A stretch of DNA of 63,244 nucleotides, the filler included, from Atractiella rhizophila (Eukaryota), in the NCBI GenBank assembly GCA_021432655.1. It is 4 parts of 4 records of this genome, joined end to end, with 100 filler letters (N's around TTAATTAATTAA, not from the genome) between each part and the next. Parts side by side here need not be neighbours in the genome. Positions count along the whole stretch, not along the records: positions 1 to 19,908 come from MU271578.1; positions 20,009 to 50,275 come from MU271579.1; 2 more parts are not named here. The stretch is one strand, 5' to 3'. This document shows positions 14,424 through 27,872 of the stretch, one piece after another. A program made the position numbers and the translations under genes. Position 1 is the stretch's first letter; the number at the start of each line of letters is the position of its first letter. Under the pieces are notes generated by a model that did not search any database, had not been told where the DNA came from, and saw only the letters and a program-made list of their open reading frames with translations.

Positions 14424-15711
14424 ATGCCCAAACGCAAACTGGATGCCACCGAGGCTGAACCAGAGGCACCCAGGCGGTCAGCGCGTTTGTCAGCCAACCA
14501 GACGCCGTCAAATTCGACCACCAAGGCGACCAAAGCGCCAGCGAAGAAGATTAAGAAAGTAATTGAGAAAGTCAAGAAGACAATGTCGGGCCAAGATGAT
14601 GGATTGGAAGGCGTAACAGTAGTGGAGGTGCGTTTTTGGGACTGCAAATGGTGGCATCCCGGATGGAAGTGCGACAGTAATGGGTCGAAGCCGAGACATT
14701 GTACTGCAAGCATTGGCATTAGTTAAAGTCTGTCTGCTAGTCGCTAAACCCAAAAGAAGCTATGTGTTGCTCTGCGTATTTATGCTCCTCCTAGTTATCG
14801 CACAAATATACGCGTGGAAGATCTATTCGTCCTCCTAGATACGACAAGAGAGACGATGATATTCTTGTGCGTCAGATCTACATAGCATGCACAATGCATA
14901 TCTCAAAGCAGCAAACATCCAATGATACGATCTGCTCTTTGATCAAGTCAGTGCTTATTGAAAGTGATCGGATTGTCCATGATCGCCATGATTACAGCAA
15001 TATTTTTGTGTTCTATGGTTCTTTGCTTTAGCACTGTCTCTCAAATATCTGCCTGGTGCAATCTCACGTTTGTGGCTAAGAGTTCATTATATCTAATATC
15101 CCGTTGCAGGTCGGCGAGAAGATCCCTTCTTTGACTCTGAAGACAGACACTGGAGACGAAATCTCTACCACCGCTTTGGCTGGCGATAGGAAAGGGTCTG
15201 TCTTTGTCTCTTCTAATTGCCGATTTCAGTAATATGTTCGAATGCTGCGGTTACAGGTTTGTGATTTTCACCTATCCGAAGGCAAACACTTCTGGGTTAG
15301 TTGCCTTTTTCTTATCGAGAAGAACAAAGCCAATTCAATAGTGACAGGTGCACAAATCAAGCTTGCGGTTTCAGAGACAAACACGACCTCTTCTTGGAAA
15401 AAGGTTACGCCGTTCGTCTGACCCTGTCTTCTGCCGTCAATACCCGCTGATCCTCTTCACAGGTCTACGGCTTGTCTAAGGATTCTCCCGCTTCTCAATC
15501 AAGCTGGAAGGAGGCTCAATCGCTGCCCTACACCCTCCTCTGCGACCCTAACTCGGAGTTGATCAAGCCTCTGGGTTGTTTCAAAGCTGGTGGAGGGACG
15601 GCGAGGTGCCATTTCGTCTTTGATAAGGATGGAACATTGAAGGAGAAAAAACTCAATGTGAAGCCTGTGGAGAGCCCAGTGGATGCTTTGGAAAGCGTTG
15701 GGAAACTTTGA
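14424..15711 (+). CDS. DOT5: Nuclear peroxiredoxin Q/BCP type
   Basis: Basic N-terminus (PRRSARL), then after intron 14628-15109 VGEKIPSLTL, FTYPKANTSGCTNQACGFRD, GLSKDSP, LPYTLLCDP. Confidence 0.88.
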
Positions 15712-15799
15712 TTCATGGAAAGGAGAAGAATTGTTGTCCGCAGAGTTTGTGTGTTAAGAAATGTTCAAGGATTTGCGTCGATAATAGCATGTTGAATTC

Positions 15800-17951
15800 T
15801 CAATCACGAAACAAAGGGAGAAGCCTGGTTATTGACCTCGCCGGCAGTAGGAAATAATATGCGCGTTCCGAGCCTAAGTGACCTTGAAGGGTGTAAACTG
15901 CCACAACACCTACGACAGCCACTCATAAGAAACAAACTTTACACTATCGAGTGCCCCCGCCTATCCAGAGTTATAAACCCACACATAAACAGATTTAGTT
16001 AATTAAGCCCTTGCACGAAACTCGTCTTTCTCCTATATCGTGCTAGGAAGTGAAGGTTCGACCAGTGTGGAGGGCAGAGTGTAAGTAGAAACGGCAGAAG
16101 GTGTGCATGCAGGGGTAAAGAAGATATTTTTTGATATGGTATTAACTGCCTGGAAAGTACCGTCAGTTTAACTCTAGGAGTATTGAAGAGAGGAGAACTT
16201 CGTTAGACGAGGATATCCAGAGAAACGACGAACCAATACCCCAAAACACGAGATGTGCAGGTGGGAAGAAAGCCCTAGCTACGTCTGCCAGAAGCACACC
16301 CGGCGCGAAAAGCCACCACCTTTGCTACACAAGTACCACTCAAGAAGGGTGCTACGCGTACTTCGGCAATAACTTTTGCCTGCAACTACATAACCCATCC
16401 GCGAGGAGGATGAGATACCGGTTGTTATGGAAATACGTTAGCGGAAGAAGAGGGTGAACCGATCGCGTTAGCAGCGGAAGTGGTTGTGCGACTAGAAGTA
16501 TGGGTAGCAGGGGATGCGACGGGACCAGAAGAAGAGGGAGACCGGAAAGCAGCCAGAGTGAAGGTAGCGGTAGGAAGCGAGACTTTCATAAACCCGGTTT
16601 CTCAGGGCTTCGCGAATGGTGTTCGAGAAACCTGCTAAAGCAAGAGGGCCTTGGAGAGCCAGCCCGAGTTTCCGTGGCAGCTACTTCGTATCCTAGAGCC
16701 TATTCTAACTCCTGCAATGACCACCCTCTTAGTTAGACTTCGGCCTACTCCCCCTTGTAGTGAAATTAAAGCCCTTACTCGTGCTCCGCTAAACTTCTCA
16801 GTCCTATTCTTCCTCCCTAGCTCGCCAAGCTTGAGGCCCTTACGTTTCCGTTTCCTGCTGCTGCGAAGTAGCGTCTCCCCTTTCTCCCTATTTCAGCGAC
16901 TATTCTAACTCCTCGAATGCGTGCCAGTGTAGCTGAAATTGGGTCTCCTTCCGCTCCCTCCTTCCTATTAGGTCTAGGTATGGGGCCTCCCTCTCTGCTG
17001 CTATCAGGTGTTCCTGCACTTCCTGCACTCCCTACGTTTCCTTGGATAACGCTTACCTCCTTTCCTACTGCTACGCTTTAGCTGTTTCAGCTTGCCTAGC
17101 TCCTCCTCTCTGTTCCATCGCCTGTTCTAACTTCATAACTGCCCCCCTAACCACCTAAACTGAGGCCTCCTTCCTCTTGTGTAATAGGTCAAATGGCTGT
17201 TCTCTCTCTGACTACGCCGCAGCTGCTCCAGGTTGCCTAGCTTCTTCAGACCATTTCCCTTCCGATTCCTTCTCTAGTGCAAGTGCCTTGCTGAACACAG
17301 TTTCCCGCACCTCGTGATATGGTTCCCTGCTTAGTTGGAAGTAGGACTACTTCCGCTCGTGGTGTAGTTGTAGGTACCACTAGTCAGCCTTGGATGTTGA
17401 GAACTTCAGCACTGGTTCTTCCACTGGTTCTAGGGACCCCTGCGACGGCTGATGCACTTCCTATCGTAGTAGAGATTATGGCAGCTTTTGAAGTGCTTCC
17501 CTGCTTAGTAGGAGGTGGGGCTCCTGCCGCTTGTGGTGTAGTTAAATAGATTGCTGCTAACCCCTTACGACGTTCTTTGCAAACTCCTCGGGCTACTGCT
17601 GCTGCTGTTCCAGTTGTTCGTAGTACAGTTGGGTTGATCCTTGGGTGAAATGTTTCAATTTAAGGGATTTTGGCAGGACATAGTTGAGCAACCTTAGAGA
17701 GAAGAACCTAGATGTCGGTAATGATAGCAAGAGCAGGAACAAAGGCCTTCGTACCCTGGCACTCGCGGCAGTTTGCCTCTCGTATCGGGTATCCCGATGC
17801 ACGTTTCAACCTTCTTGAGATAGACGAGTAAAAGTTCCTTTCAAATACAATACAAGTTCCTCTCAAATACAATACAAGCGCAGTCAATAAACTAATACAT
17901 ACGTGCTCACAGCACCTTTGCTCTTCACTTATGTTAAGTTTCACACGTCCA
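15800..17951 (-). mobile_element. Degenerate repeat/transposon-like relic ending at an assembly gap
   Basis: A Q/E-rich minus-strand frame (~17640 to ~16800) is interrupted by ~17 TAG/TAA stops. Strong TpA excess, a ~48 nt internal imperfect repeat (~17323-17370 vs ~17498-17545) and a 22 nt tandem repeat at ~17833-17877. No RT/integrase motif recognised; boundaries approximate. Confidence 0.5.
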
Positions 17952-18357
17952 NNNNNNNNNNNNNNNNNNNNNNNNNNNNNNNNNGCTGGCACGATGGTGT
18001 CGTTCGTGATGTGAATGCCCATATTCGCAGCTTGTATCGATACACTCGTCCTGGATTGATATGCCAGTCGAAGGCGAAGAATTGCGAGAGGGTTCTTTCA
18101 CTCGGCTTTAGCTCTTTATAGTGTCACAAAGGAAACTGCACCGACGGACGAAAATCAGCTGGAATTTCGACCGCCAAGGAGAACAGCAGCTCCGTTCGAG
18201 TTACTTCCTCCAACTTCCACACCCGTAAATATTCCCTTGATTTCCCTGGCGTTATCCAGCTCTACCAGCACAGATTCGAGCCTGCCTGGAAAGCCTGAAA
18301 GAAACCGAGAATGTTCTCCGATGCTTGGCGTTTACGCGGGATCTGGCAAGAAATCAC

Positions 18358-19271
18358 ATGATCGACCACGACTTCGCGATGGACTCACTTCCTCCAGAAC
18401 TCGTGTATCACGTACTCAGCACTCTTCCCGCTCTTGACCTCGTACGCTTTGTTACGCCCGTGTGCAAGGACTGGAGAGGGATTGCTGTGTCCCTCCTCAG
18501 GCGTCGATTGCTGGTTTTGTCCCGTGCCAATGATGGCAATGAAGATGAGGAGAATACCGTTAGGATCGTGGTGCGCTTTTCTGTTTTTCGTACAATATGG
18601 ACAGAGAAATTGATGAGGATAAATAAAAGTTCCATCTTCATGTCGTCAGCACCCATGCTACATACATCTACCCCCTCACATTCTCCCACTTCCTCCCCAA
18701 CTCACCTTGCAAAGCGTTGTTTCTCTTCCCTCCTTCAACACGAGAGGGCACGAATCCTATAATAGTGCCTCTCGATCAATACGAGTCTTTTGCCAACGTG
18801 TACATGACTCTCAGTCTCAAAGCATCTCCCGGAAAATCTAGCCCCAACAAAAACAACAATAACGGACCCAGCACCTATGCCGGAAATAGATTAGAGAGAA
18901 GAATTTTGACTGAGGGTGGGACCTGGAATGGACTGCCAAGGTATGGCTACCAGATCTACATCGCTACCGGACACGACAGGGTCTGGAAAGACTGGTGGAG
19001 CTGTTCGGAATCCTCTCCCAGTTCAGAACATGGACTTCCCCTCCAATCACTTAGAACCGACTCCTCCCTCGGTCATCTCCGCATCTCTCTCCTTCACCCG
19101 ATCGACCTCCATCCGCTCCGGGAAGGTGGAGGTGGAGAGCGAGGCTTCAGGTTCTTTGCGAAGGAGATGGAGGTGGAGACGGCTCGTGCTGTTGTTGGAT
19201 TGGAGATGGAGTTGGAGAAGAGGAAGGATGGTGTGGCTTTGGTTCATGTACAGGGGTTACCCAGGGCTTGA
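18358..19271 (+). CDS. F-box protein
   Basis: N-terminal MDSLPPELVYHVLSTLPALDLVRFVTPVCKDWRGIA F-box motif; one intron ~18571-18629. Confidence 0.75.
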
Positions 19272-19907
19272 CCGTTTAAAGAAGACTTATAGTGTGTTGT
19301 CATGTTTTGGACACAAAACAGGAGAGTTCTTTCTTCTATGATGATAAGGAGTGTGCGGAGACATCTCTGGATGACGACAAAAAGTGTCAGACGATAAGAG
19401 CTGTACAATATATAATATACTTCGTTTAATAAACCGGTCCTTTTATCCATACAAGTCAAGTCTGTCAACCAAGATTACAAGACGGAACCGGGACCAGAGG
19501 ATAGGATGCAATAATGATATTCTCTGCAAAATCCAAAATCCTATGCTACAGGGCACCCCAGTAGAGGTAGCAAACAAGACGACGAAACGATACAGAGAAG
19601 TTCGAATTGAACTGGTTGCTGTAACTGTGCAAACATTGAGACTAATGGCGAATCTGACAACTCGTGGGTATCGCTAGAAATTACTCGTGAAGAAGATGGT
19701 GAACAAGCGATCAGCACCTATAATTAGGCGTCAGCTCCCGACTCCACTGAAAACAAAGGTGACGTGCACTACCGCGTCCCGACAGGATCCACGTTCTCCT
19801 GCTCATCTTTACTCTTTCTCCTCGCCCAATCCCAACTCATCCTCTTCAAATTCCAACTCGTACTCTTCTTCTGCTTCGCAGCCAATCTCTCCCTCTCCTC
19901 CCTCTCC

Positions 19908-20008
19908 ANNNNNNNNNNNNNNNNNNNNNNNNNNNNNNNNNNNNNNNNNNNNTTAATTAATTAANNNNNNNNNNNNNNNNNNNNNNNNNNNNNNNNNNNN
20001 NNNNNNNN
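19908..20008. other. Assembly gap with TTAATTAATTAA spacer
   Basis: N-runs flanking a palindromic 12-mer; the same structure occurs at 50276-50374 and 58051-58150. Confidence 0.95.
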
Positions 20009-20791
20009 CAGTTCACACTCCATGTTCCTCTGAACTGCTGAGAAAAAGACGGATGATAAGCACGCGTCTTATACTGCAGCCTCAGCAAGTGAGAGAGCGA
20101 TAGCATCCCCGCTGGATACCCCACAGCGACTATTCATTAACGCCAAAGTGAATGCTTTGCTGCGCTGGTGCAGATATTGGATCATTGAAGTGGAGATTTG
20201 GTTTAGCCAGGAGACTCGAAACATCTTTGAGATTGCTATAAAGCTAAGTGAACCAGAACGACAGCCCTCTAATTGATTACGAGGTACTCAACGTCATAGC
20301 TGGTTTTAAGAGCTCGAGCGTTAGGAGTGAAGCTCGCTGCCCGAAGGCACATTCATAGGTAGCAGTTGCGAGTTCAAAAAAGGTCATAAAATGGCATAGG
20401 AACTTCGCTACCATTGTCTATCAAAAGCGCCGAAGAAAGCGCACACCTAATTCGATTACCCAGCAGCTGCTTTCAAGTCATCCGACTTGAGAGGACAGGT
20501 AGCTTCAGACATTCCAATCGTCAACATCCATAATATTCATACGCGCATCTAAAACCTTTTCCCGTTAGGAGAAATAACGCATGCCTGCTCAGGGTGGGTG
20601 AGAAAAGGAGTCTCCATCCAGGATCCATCCGGACGGACCTCGAATTGCAAATTGCCTCGCTAATATTTGCTGAGTCCAACTGAGTCTTTCAACTTGAACT
20701 TCAAGTCGGCTTCCATTCGCCATTCGCCATAGAAAATCACGATCGTGCCTAGACAGTTCGACATCGTCGTTCAGAGCTTTGGAGTGCTACA

Positions 20792-23198
20792 ATGGTTTCT
20801 GCTCCAGTACCCGACAAGAACTCTCATGTTTTGATTCTCGACAATTACGACTCGTGAGCGCCTGTTGTGCTGCATGTTCATTTGTTGATCAGATAGCAGA
20901 TTTACCTGGAATTTGTATCAACTTGCATGTCGCTTATCCGCAAGAGTTACGGTTATTCGGACGCAGGATATCTCTCTCGAAGCCCTGGTCGCCGAATCAT
21001 CATCGCAACCTCTTCCCTATACCCACCTCATAATTTCCCCTGGCCCTGGACACCCTGACAGTGATAGTGGAATATCTATCCCCGCGATCCATCACTTTGC
21101 TGGCAGAATCCCTATCTTCGGAGTTTGCCTTGGGCTTCAGTGCATCTTCACTGCATTCGGTGGCACTGTCGATGTGGCCGGAGAGATAGTTCATGGAAAG
21201 ACATCTGAGATCTTTCACGATGCCAAAGGGATCTTTTGGGGGATCGAGAAGCAGGGATTCAATGCCACCAGGTACCACAGCTTGGTTGGGAAGCTGGGCA
21301 CACTGCCGGATGTGCTGGAGGTGACAAGCAAGACGCACAACGGATTAGTAATGGGAGTCAGACACAAAAAGTGGGTCATCGATTCTGTTCAGTATCATCC
21401 CGAGAGTATCTTGTCGGAGGAGGGGGAGACGATGATGCGCAACTTCCTGCGATTCAAAGGAGGCCTCTGGGAAGAGAATCCTGGATTTGGCATCACCATG
21501 GTCGAGCAAACAAGCGGCAAGCTTCCCACACCCATGCCTGCCCAAGTCCCCAGCATCCTTCAGAAGATCTATGCTCAGCGGAAGCAAGACGTCGAAAAGG
21601 CGAAGAACACCCCCGGTTTCTTCCCTTCCGATCTTGATTCTCTCATCAATCTTCATGTCGCACCTCCAGCCATCGACTTTTACTCTCGATTGCTGCCAAC
21701 GACAGCGAAACCTGTCTCCCTTCTGGCCGAGATCAAACGTGCTTCGCCTTCAAAGGGGTCCTTCCTCGAACCGGGGATGAAGCCTCCATCCAGCGCCGAG
21801 ATCGCCCAATCTTACGCCAACGCGGGAGCAGCCGCAATTTCCGTTCTGACGGAACCTACCTGGTTCAAAGGAGCTTTGAACGACATGCTTGCGGCGCGGC
21901 AAATTGTAGGGACGATGCCCAATCGACCAGCCATCTTGAGGAAGGATTTCATATTCGACAAGTACCAGATCGATGAAGCGCGAGTATCTGGCGCCGATTC
22001 AGTCCTTCTCATTGTTGCCATGCTTCAGCAGGAAGAGTTGAAAGCGCTGTACGACCATTCAAAGAGTAGGGGAATGGAGCCTTTGGTGGAAGTGAATAAT
22101 GAGGAGGAGCTGGAGAGAGCGCTCCAGATTGGTGCGAAGGTGATTGGCGTCAATAATCGCAATCTCAACAATTTTCAAGTCGATATGGACACCACGAAGC
22201 GTATTATGGCTGAAGTCAAGAAGCATTTTTCATCTCAGACAGCTAACGGAACCGCCGCTTCATCGACACCTCCTCTCATTCTTGCTCTTAGTGGCATCTC
22301 AAGCCGCGCCGATGTGCAAGAATACGAACGAGAGGGGATTTCTGGAATCCTCGTCGGAGAATCCTTGATGCGTGCTTCCGATAGGAAAACGTTCGTGCAT
22401 CAACTTCTTGGGACGACCAACACAGTCGTTAAACCAGCCGGAACGCTTGTAAAAATCTGCGGCGTCAAGAATGTTGCGACTGCACTACTTTGTAAAGACG
22501 CAGGCGCAGACTTTATTGGTCTTAATTTCGTTCCCAGCTCCCGTAGAAAGATTAGTCTCAGTCAAGCAAAGGAAATTGTTGATGCTCTACGCAAAACAGG
22601 TGGAAGAATGGCTGCGCCAATGACGCGAACGGACAGTAGGATTGGAACGAAGGAACTGGGAAAGAAGGACTGGTTTGAATACTCCACGTTTGCGCTGATG
22701 AACAAGTCTGTTTCGGAGAAGCCACAAGTGGTCGGCGTTTTTCAGAACCAACCACTCGAGTTCGTTCTCGAAGCCATCGCCCTGCTTGACCTTGACGTGG
22801 TCCAACTTCACGGTCACGAACCAGCTGAGTGGGCACAAGTGATCCCCCGTCCCGTCATTCGCGCTTTCCACGTTTCAAATCCTCCCACTCCACAGGTCCT
22901 TGAAGCCACACGGCCAGGATATCACGCGGTCCCATTGTTTGATACGCAATTGCCTGCTTCCTCGCTTTCAGGCGGCGCAGGGAAGACGTTCGATCATCAA
23001 CTTGCAAATCAAATCGCTGGAGATGTCAAGTTCATCCTTGCTGGTGGATTGACTGCCAACAACGTCGCAGAAGCGGTTAGGAGGACGAGGCCGTGGGCCG
23101 TGGATGTTGCAGGTGGAGTTGAATCGGATGGAGAAAAGACAGAGGAACTCATCAGAGCCTTTGTCACGTCGGTCAGAGAGGCTTCAGCTTCCAATTAA
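20792..23198 (+). CDS. TRP1: Trifunctional tryptophan biosynthesis protein (anthranilate synthase component II / IGPS / PRAI)
   Basis: ILDNYDS|FTWNLYQ, ISPGPGHP, GVCLGLQ, TRYHSL, QYHPES; AEIKRASPSKG, LRKDF, GVNNRNL; VKICG, QLHG, LAGGL, VDVAGGVE. One intron near the 5' end. Confidence 0.97.
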
Positions 23199-23644
23199 CG
23201 TTTGGGCTTGTTTGTTAGATCTGTTCGTGATCTCCGATGTAGTCCAGCAACAGTGCTTTGAACTGATAGCAGGCTGGAGCAAATCCATGTTGTTGTGAAA
23301 GAGCAAACGCGGTGCCTCTCACCTTTCAAAAGATCAAACCACCTGTCTAGAATCCAAGCAGCGTCGCAACTAGTGCGTTCCTAGACGCTGTGTCCGTGCA
23401 TCATGTTAAAATGTTAAAGGATCAAAAAAATTGGTTCCCTTCCTCCTCACTATCCGGTCGTAGTTGCTCTCTAGTTCTTGCATAATGACTTTCTCCTCTC
23501 CCCGCGGAAGCGTGGGGATCAGATATCGTCCGGCAGCCGGGCTTTATATGTCTCCCTCGATTCCAGCTTGATAAAAGCGTGAGTTGCTCTGCCGTCCTTG
23601 CCAGCATCTTTGGATCCTCTGAATTCGAATTTCAGCCACACAAA

Positions 23645-24987
23645 ATGACCACTTCTCAATCTCAAGCTCTCGTCCTCCATGCAGCAGGGCAACTTAAGCT
23701 GGTTCGTCTTTTTCTCGCCATTATTGGGCACTCTAGTTAACTTGATATGGTGAGTAGGAGCAAAGGCAAATACCTGAACTCTCTCAGGGGGAACTCTTGA
23801 TCAAAATCCACTCAACAGGTCTTTGTGGTAGTGATTTGCATTATTTCTCTGCATTTGCAAATGGGCCCTTCAAGGTGCAGCATCCGTTTGTTGTTGGACA
23901 CGAGAGCAGCGGAACTGTTGAAGCTGTTGGACCTGGTGTTTCAGAGGAATGGATAGGGAAGGAAGTGGTGATGGAGCCAGGGAGAGAATGCCGGGAGTGC
24001 AGATGGTGCAGGGAAGGAAGATATAATCTGTGTCCGAAGATGGACGTATGTTTTCGCCTTTCAATGGACAAGCTGATGCAAATTTAACGGATCAAGTTTG
24101 CCAGTAGCGCCAAAATCTCCCCTCACCGCGATGGCTTCCTCCAACAATACATCGCACATCCCACGCGTCTCTCCTTTCCTCTCCCACCTTCCCTTTCCCT
24201 CTCCACTGCGGTGCTAGTAGAACCTCTTTCAGTGATCCTCCACGCGCTCACGCGCCTCAACCTCCACTCTTTGCATGGTCTTCGGGTAGCCATTCTCGGC
24301 GCAGGACCGGTTGGTCTACTTGCGGCGGCAGTATTGTGGGCGAACGGGTGTAGTGTATCGATCGTGGACATTGAACAGAAGAAGCTTGATTTGGCGATCC
24401 AAACGGGATGGGTGGTTGAAGGACAGGGATCAATCATGCCCAGGAAAGAAGGCGAGATGGACAACAATCAGTGCCTTGTTTGGGCACAGGACGCGGCGAA
24501 CGACTTGAAGAAAACATTCGGTGCAGTGGAAGGATTCGATATTGTGATGGAGTGTACGGGAGTGGAGAGTTGTCTTCAGACTTCGATATTCGTACGTTGA
24601 AGCCCCATATTTGCGTGTGGGAACACATGACGGAGCCATGAAACAGTTAGCGAGGATTGGAGGAAAGGTGTCTCTCATCGGGATGGGAACCAGCGCTCTA
24701 TACTTTCCTTTGGGAGCGGCCCAAGTTCGAGAAGTGGATTTGATTGGGGTGCGTTTTCCAGTTACCTCTACGTGCATCATCTCAGCTATTGTCTGTAGTG
24801 TTTCCGCTACGCCTCCTGCTTCCCGCGAGCTATCGAGCTGCTGGCTTCCGGAGCATTGAAGAATGTCGAGAAGCTGCTTACGCACACTTTTCCCCTGGAA
24901 AAGACGGAAGACGCTTTCCGATTGATGAGAAGCGGAAAGGATGTGGATGGAAATGTTGTTGGGAAGGTGGCGATCAGAAACAATTGA
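23645..24987 (+). CDS. Zn-dependent polyol (sorbitol/xylitol) dehydrogenase, MDR family
   Basis: GLCGSDLH, GHESSG, structural Zn CRECRWCREGRYNLC, EPLSV, GAGPVG, ECTG, REVDLIG|VFRY. Confidence 0.9.
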
Positions 24988-25304
24988 ACGGTTTGTTAAT
25001 CTGGATGATGGAGTTATTGTACTTGGGCGTTAATATTCCAAAAATGAACCCATGCAATTATAGGCAGGTCCAGGATGGCAAATCTCTCGAACACCCCAAT
25101 CACGACGTCGTAATCTCCTCCGGACAGTTCGGACGAGCTGTTGGATATATTTAATCCTTTGAGCTTTGAGAGAGCTCGAGAGAGTTGATACATTCTGATT
25201 GTAAACTTCACACATCACAATCTCTTCAAGTTCGCATGCACGGAGCAATTTCCTCCACCTTCAGCTCTCTCTACTTCTTTCTTCCCTCCTCTAATATCAA
25301 TGAA

Positions 25305-25710
25305 ATAGGTGGCCTCGTCATCGGCTCTTTCATATTATTAGGTGTCAACAGGCGAAATGCCACGATCGATTCCAACACCGTCTCCATTCAGTCTGTCACC
25401 CTTTCATCTCTCCCTCCTGTAAGGCGACGAGTTGACTAGGGATGAATGGATAGGTGCGCATTCCCGGAACCAGCAGGGAGCAGGCTTTCTATCTCACATC
25501 TACGATTAGATGGGCAGCCAATGGAACGTTCCTGGAAACTCCCATGTCAGCTCCCACGAAGGCAAGTGGCAGGGCTCGGATCCCCTCAGTCTCAGTACCA
25601 CGGTCGATGTAACGTCAACATTCCACGCGGGAGACAAGCCTACTCCCAGCCACCCGACGATCGCGATATCACGATGTACAGTTTGTGTCACCACTACTTC
25701 CATCCGCGTA
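25305..25710 (+). pseudogene. 3'-half pseudogene copy of the MP88-like gene at 46829-48160
   Basis: Nucleotide similarity to the reverse complement of ~46880-47287 (ggtggcctcgtcatcggctct vs ggcggcctcgtcatcggttct; tggataggtgcgcattcccggaac vs tggataggtgtgcattcccggaac). In-frame stop (TAC GAT TAG vs TAC GAC GAG), indels, no 5' half. Confidence 0.85.
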
Positions 25711-25885
25711 AGCTAACCAGGGGGAACACAGGGTCGACACTCGTGACATGCTGCTTTAACAGACGAACTTGGACCATGCGCACTTTACTTTCATTGTTAT
25801 ACTGTTGATTACTTGCTATGTTCTCTCTGTTGAAAAAACGTGTAACTGCGTATTTCAATAACAGTGTGCGTCTACTGACCCATCA

Positions 25886-27872
25886 TTACAAACTCTTGTA
25901 CGCATTGTACATCACGCGCATCTTCTTCCTTGCGTCAGCGGAAACGTGATAACACAGGAGCTGGACCAGTAGCTGGAACGCTTCCGCCCTCTCAAACGGA
26001 TCTAGAATATTGAATTCCTTTCCCTGATACACCTCTCGGTAGTTGTCTCCCAAATCGGAGTTGGTAACCAACGCCGACAGGTATTTCCTGGTGAAAGTGG
26101 TCTTCACCAGGTGCATGAAACAACCGCGAAACGAAATCAACCACACCTGAGAAATATGTTAGGTGCTTCGGCTACTGAAATTGCCACACTCACCTCTTCC
26201 TCTGAAGCAAAGTCTGTGAAGTCGGTCAGGTCAATGTATTTATGATCACGCAAAGACTTCAAGGCCCTCCCGAGCATTTCCGCGTCTTGCTGAGGGAGCA
26301 TGCCGAAGGGGTTGTCTTTGTGTTTGACGGTTGTTTTCACCTGCATTTATCACTTCAGTTCAGACCGGGAAGATGAACTGAAGACGAACTTCAATCTGGA
26401 TGACTGGTTGACGTTCAGCAGCTGCAATCCGCCACTCCCTACCCTCAACTAAGACTGACATTTCCCCTAAGCCCTCCGTATCCCGCAGCGGACCGAAGGC
26501 TTCCTTTATCGAATCCACGTCCTGGACTTCTTCTTCCTCTTCATCTTCCTCCTTGATCGCTGAAGCGGATGAGGATGCTTTTGGATCGGAAGCTGGGGTC
26601 GTTGCTGGTTCGGACTCAAATTGCATGATCACGATTGCCCCATCGTTTCTGCACTGGTAAAGTTGAGCTGGTTTTTTTCCCTCTTTGCCCTTCGTTTGTC
26701 CACCCATCACCCAGGAAATTTGTTGGTGATGACGGCTACGAGAAATGAATGATGAAACCAAGACGCCAGAGAAGACAAGGAAAGGTAAGCACCACTCACC
26801 TCAGGCCTAACCAAACAAACTCCTTAGGTACCGTTTTCTTCCGAGTCCGCTTAGAGACACCACGACAGGCCTTCTTCTTCCAGGCTAAAGCATTCCCTTT
26901 CATCATTTTGTCTCCATGCCTAAGGCCGCACGCTCGGAGAGTAACGCCAAGCATTTCATACACGACATCCTCAACCACTGTTTCTTGCTCAACGGCAGGG
27001 CTGTACAGTTTCTGTTTCTCCTAAAGTGAAGCGGCAGGCAATTCAGCGATAGGTTTATGAACGAGACCTGAACTTACACGCTCAGGTCCCTCCCCTTCGC
27101 CTTCAGTGGACTGATCAGGCTCTTTTTCTGCCTCCTGCGATTGTGAACAAGAGGATGGGGTTTCACCCCCGGAAGCCGGAGACACAATATCGGAATCCTG
27201 ACTGCCGACATACTTAGTCTCAGGAATACGAAGGACTGTGCGTGTAGCGCAATTCAGAGCCGTCCTCAGTTGTCCCAGGTCGTGGTGCGACATGTCTTCA
27301 CTAGAGAGAGAAGCGAGGAGCTCTTTGTAAACTCAAACTAGCTATCAGCTTCTTTCTGTTCACAATAACTTAACGACTTACTGGGTGACTTCGTCACAGA
27401 ACGGAATTTGTCCGTTAATGGAATCATGCCTTTGAGATCGACGTTGCAGTTGGGTAGAACGCGTAGGGCTCGAAGGTTGTCCTTGTTCCAAAGACTTCCA
27501 CTTCGCACGATCCTTTCGTCCAGAACAATCTTGCCATATTTCGGATTTGAGTAAGCCTCAATCCATTTTTCGCGCCCCTCGTTGATTGCTGGCCATTGAT
27601 CTGAACAATACTTCAAAACAGCACTTCAGAGTGAAATACTCACCTTCGTCGCTACTTGCACCATCTTCATCCGATTCATTTGATTCTTTATACGGTTCTT
27701 CTCCCACTCTCCTTTTTTTGGCATCTGAGCCGCAACTTGTGAGCTTCCCGGAAATAGATGAAAGTTAAGTACCCCTAGGAGGTTGTTGGCGCAAGCGCTT
27801 GTTGCTTTCCGGCAATGGCTCAGTGCTGCCAGAAGAAGTATCTGCGGTTTGATCAGTTTCGGGTGATTTCAT
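25886..27872 (-). CDS. Orphan family A copy 1: putative PD-(D/E)xK-fold nuclease
   Basis: Spliced model MKSPETD...KKRR...RSGSLWNKDNLRALRVLP...EQETVVEDVVY...LYQCRNDGAIV...QPVIQIE|VK...MLPQQDAEMLG...VWLISFRG...EFNILDPFERAEAF...NAYKSL. Colinear with 44521-46576. One junction needs a GAG acceptor at 27334-27332. Confidence 0.7.

Noticed and set aside
14628..15109. DOT5 and VAC8 first introns are both 482 nt; possible shared element or snoRNA host
   Set aside because: No visible sequence similarity between them and no convincing C/D or H/ACA box arrangement; treated as coincidence.
19687..19907. Acidic minus-strand frame ending ...EDELGLGEEKE* next to a gap
   Set aside because: Too short and truncated by the gap to assign.
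19953..19964. Palindromic TTAATTAATTAA inside N-runs (also ~50320 and ~58095)
   Set aside because: Identical 12-mer centred in ~100 nt gaps with stops in all six frames: an assembly spacer, not biology.
20792..24987. TRP1, polyol dehydrogenase and other enzymes as a metabolic gene cluster
   Set aside because: Unrelated primary-metabolism genes with no backbone synthase; the trifunctional TRP1 fusion is normal in filamentous fungi.
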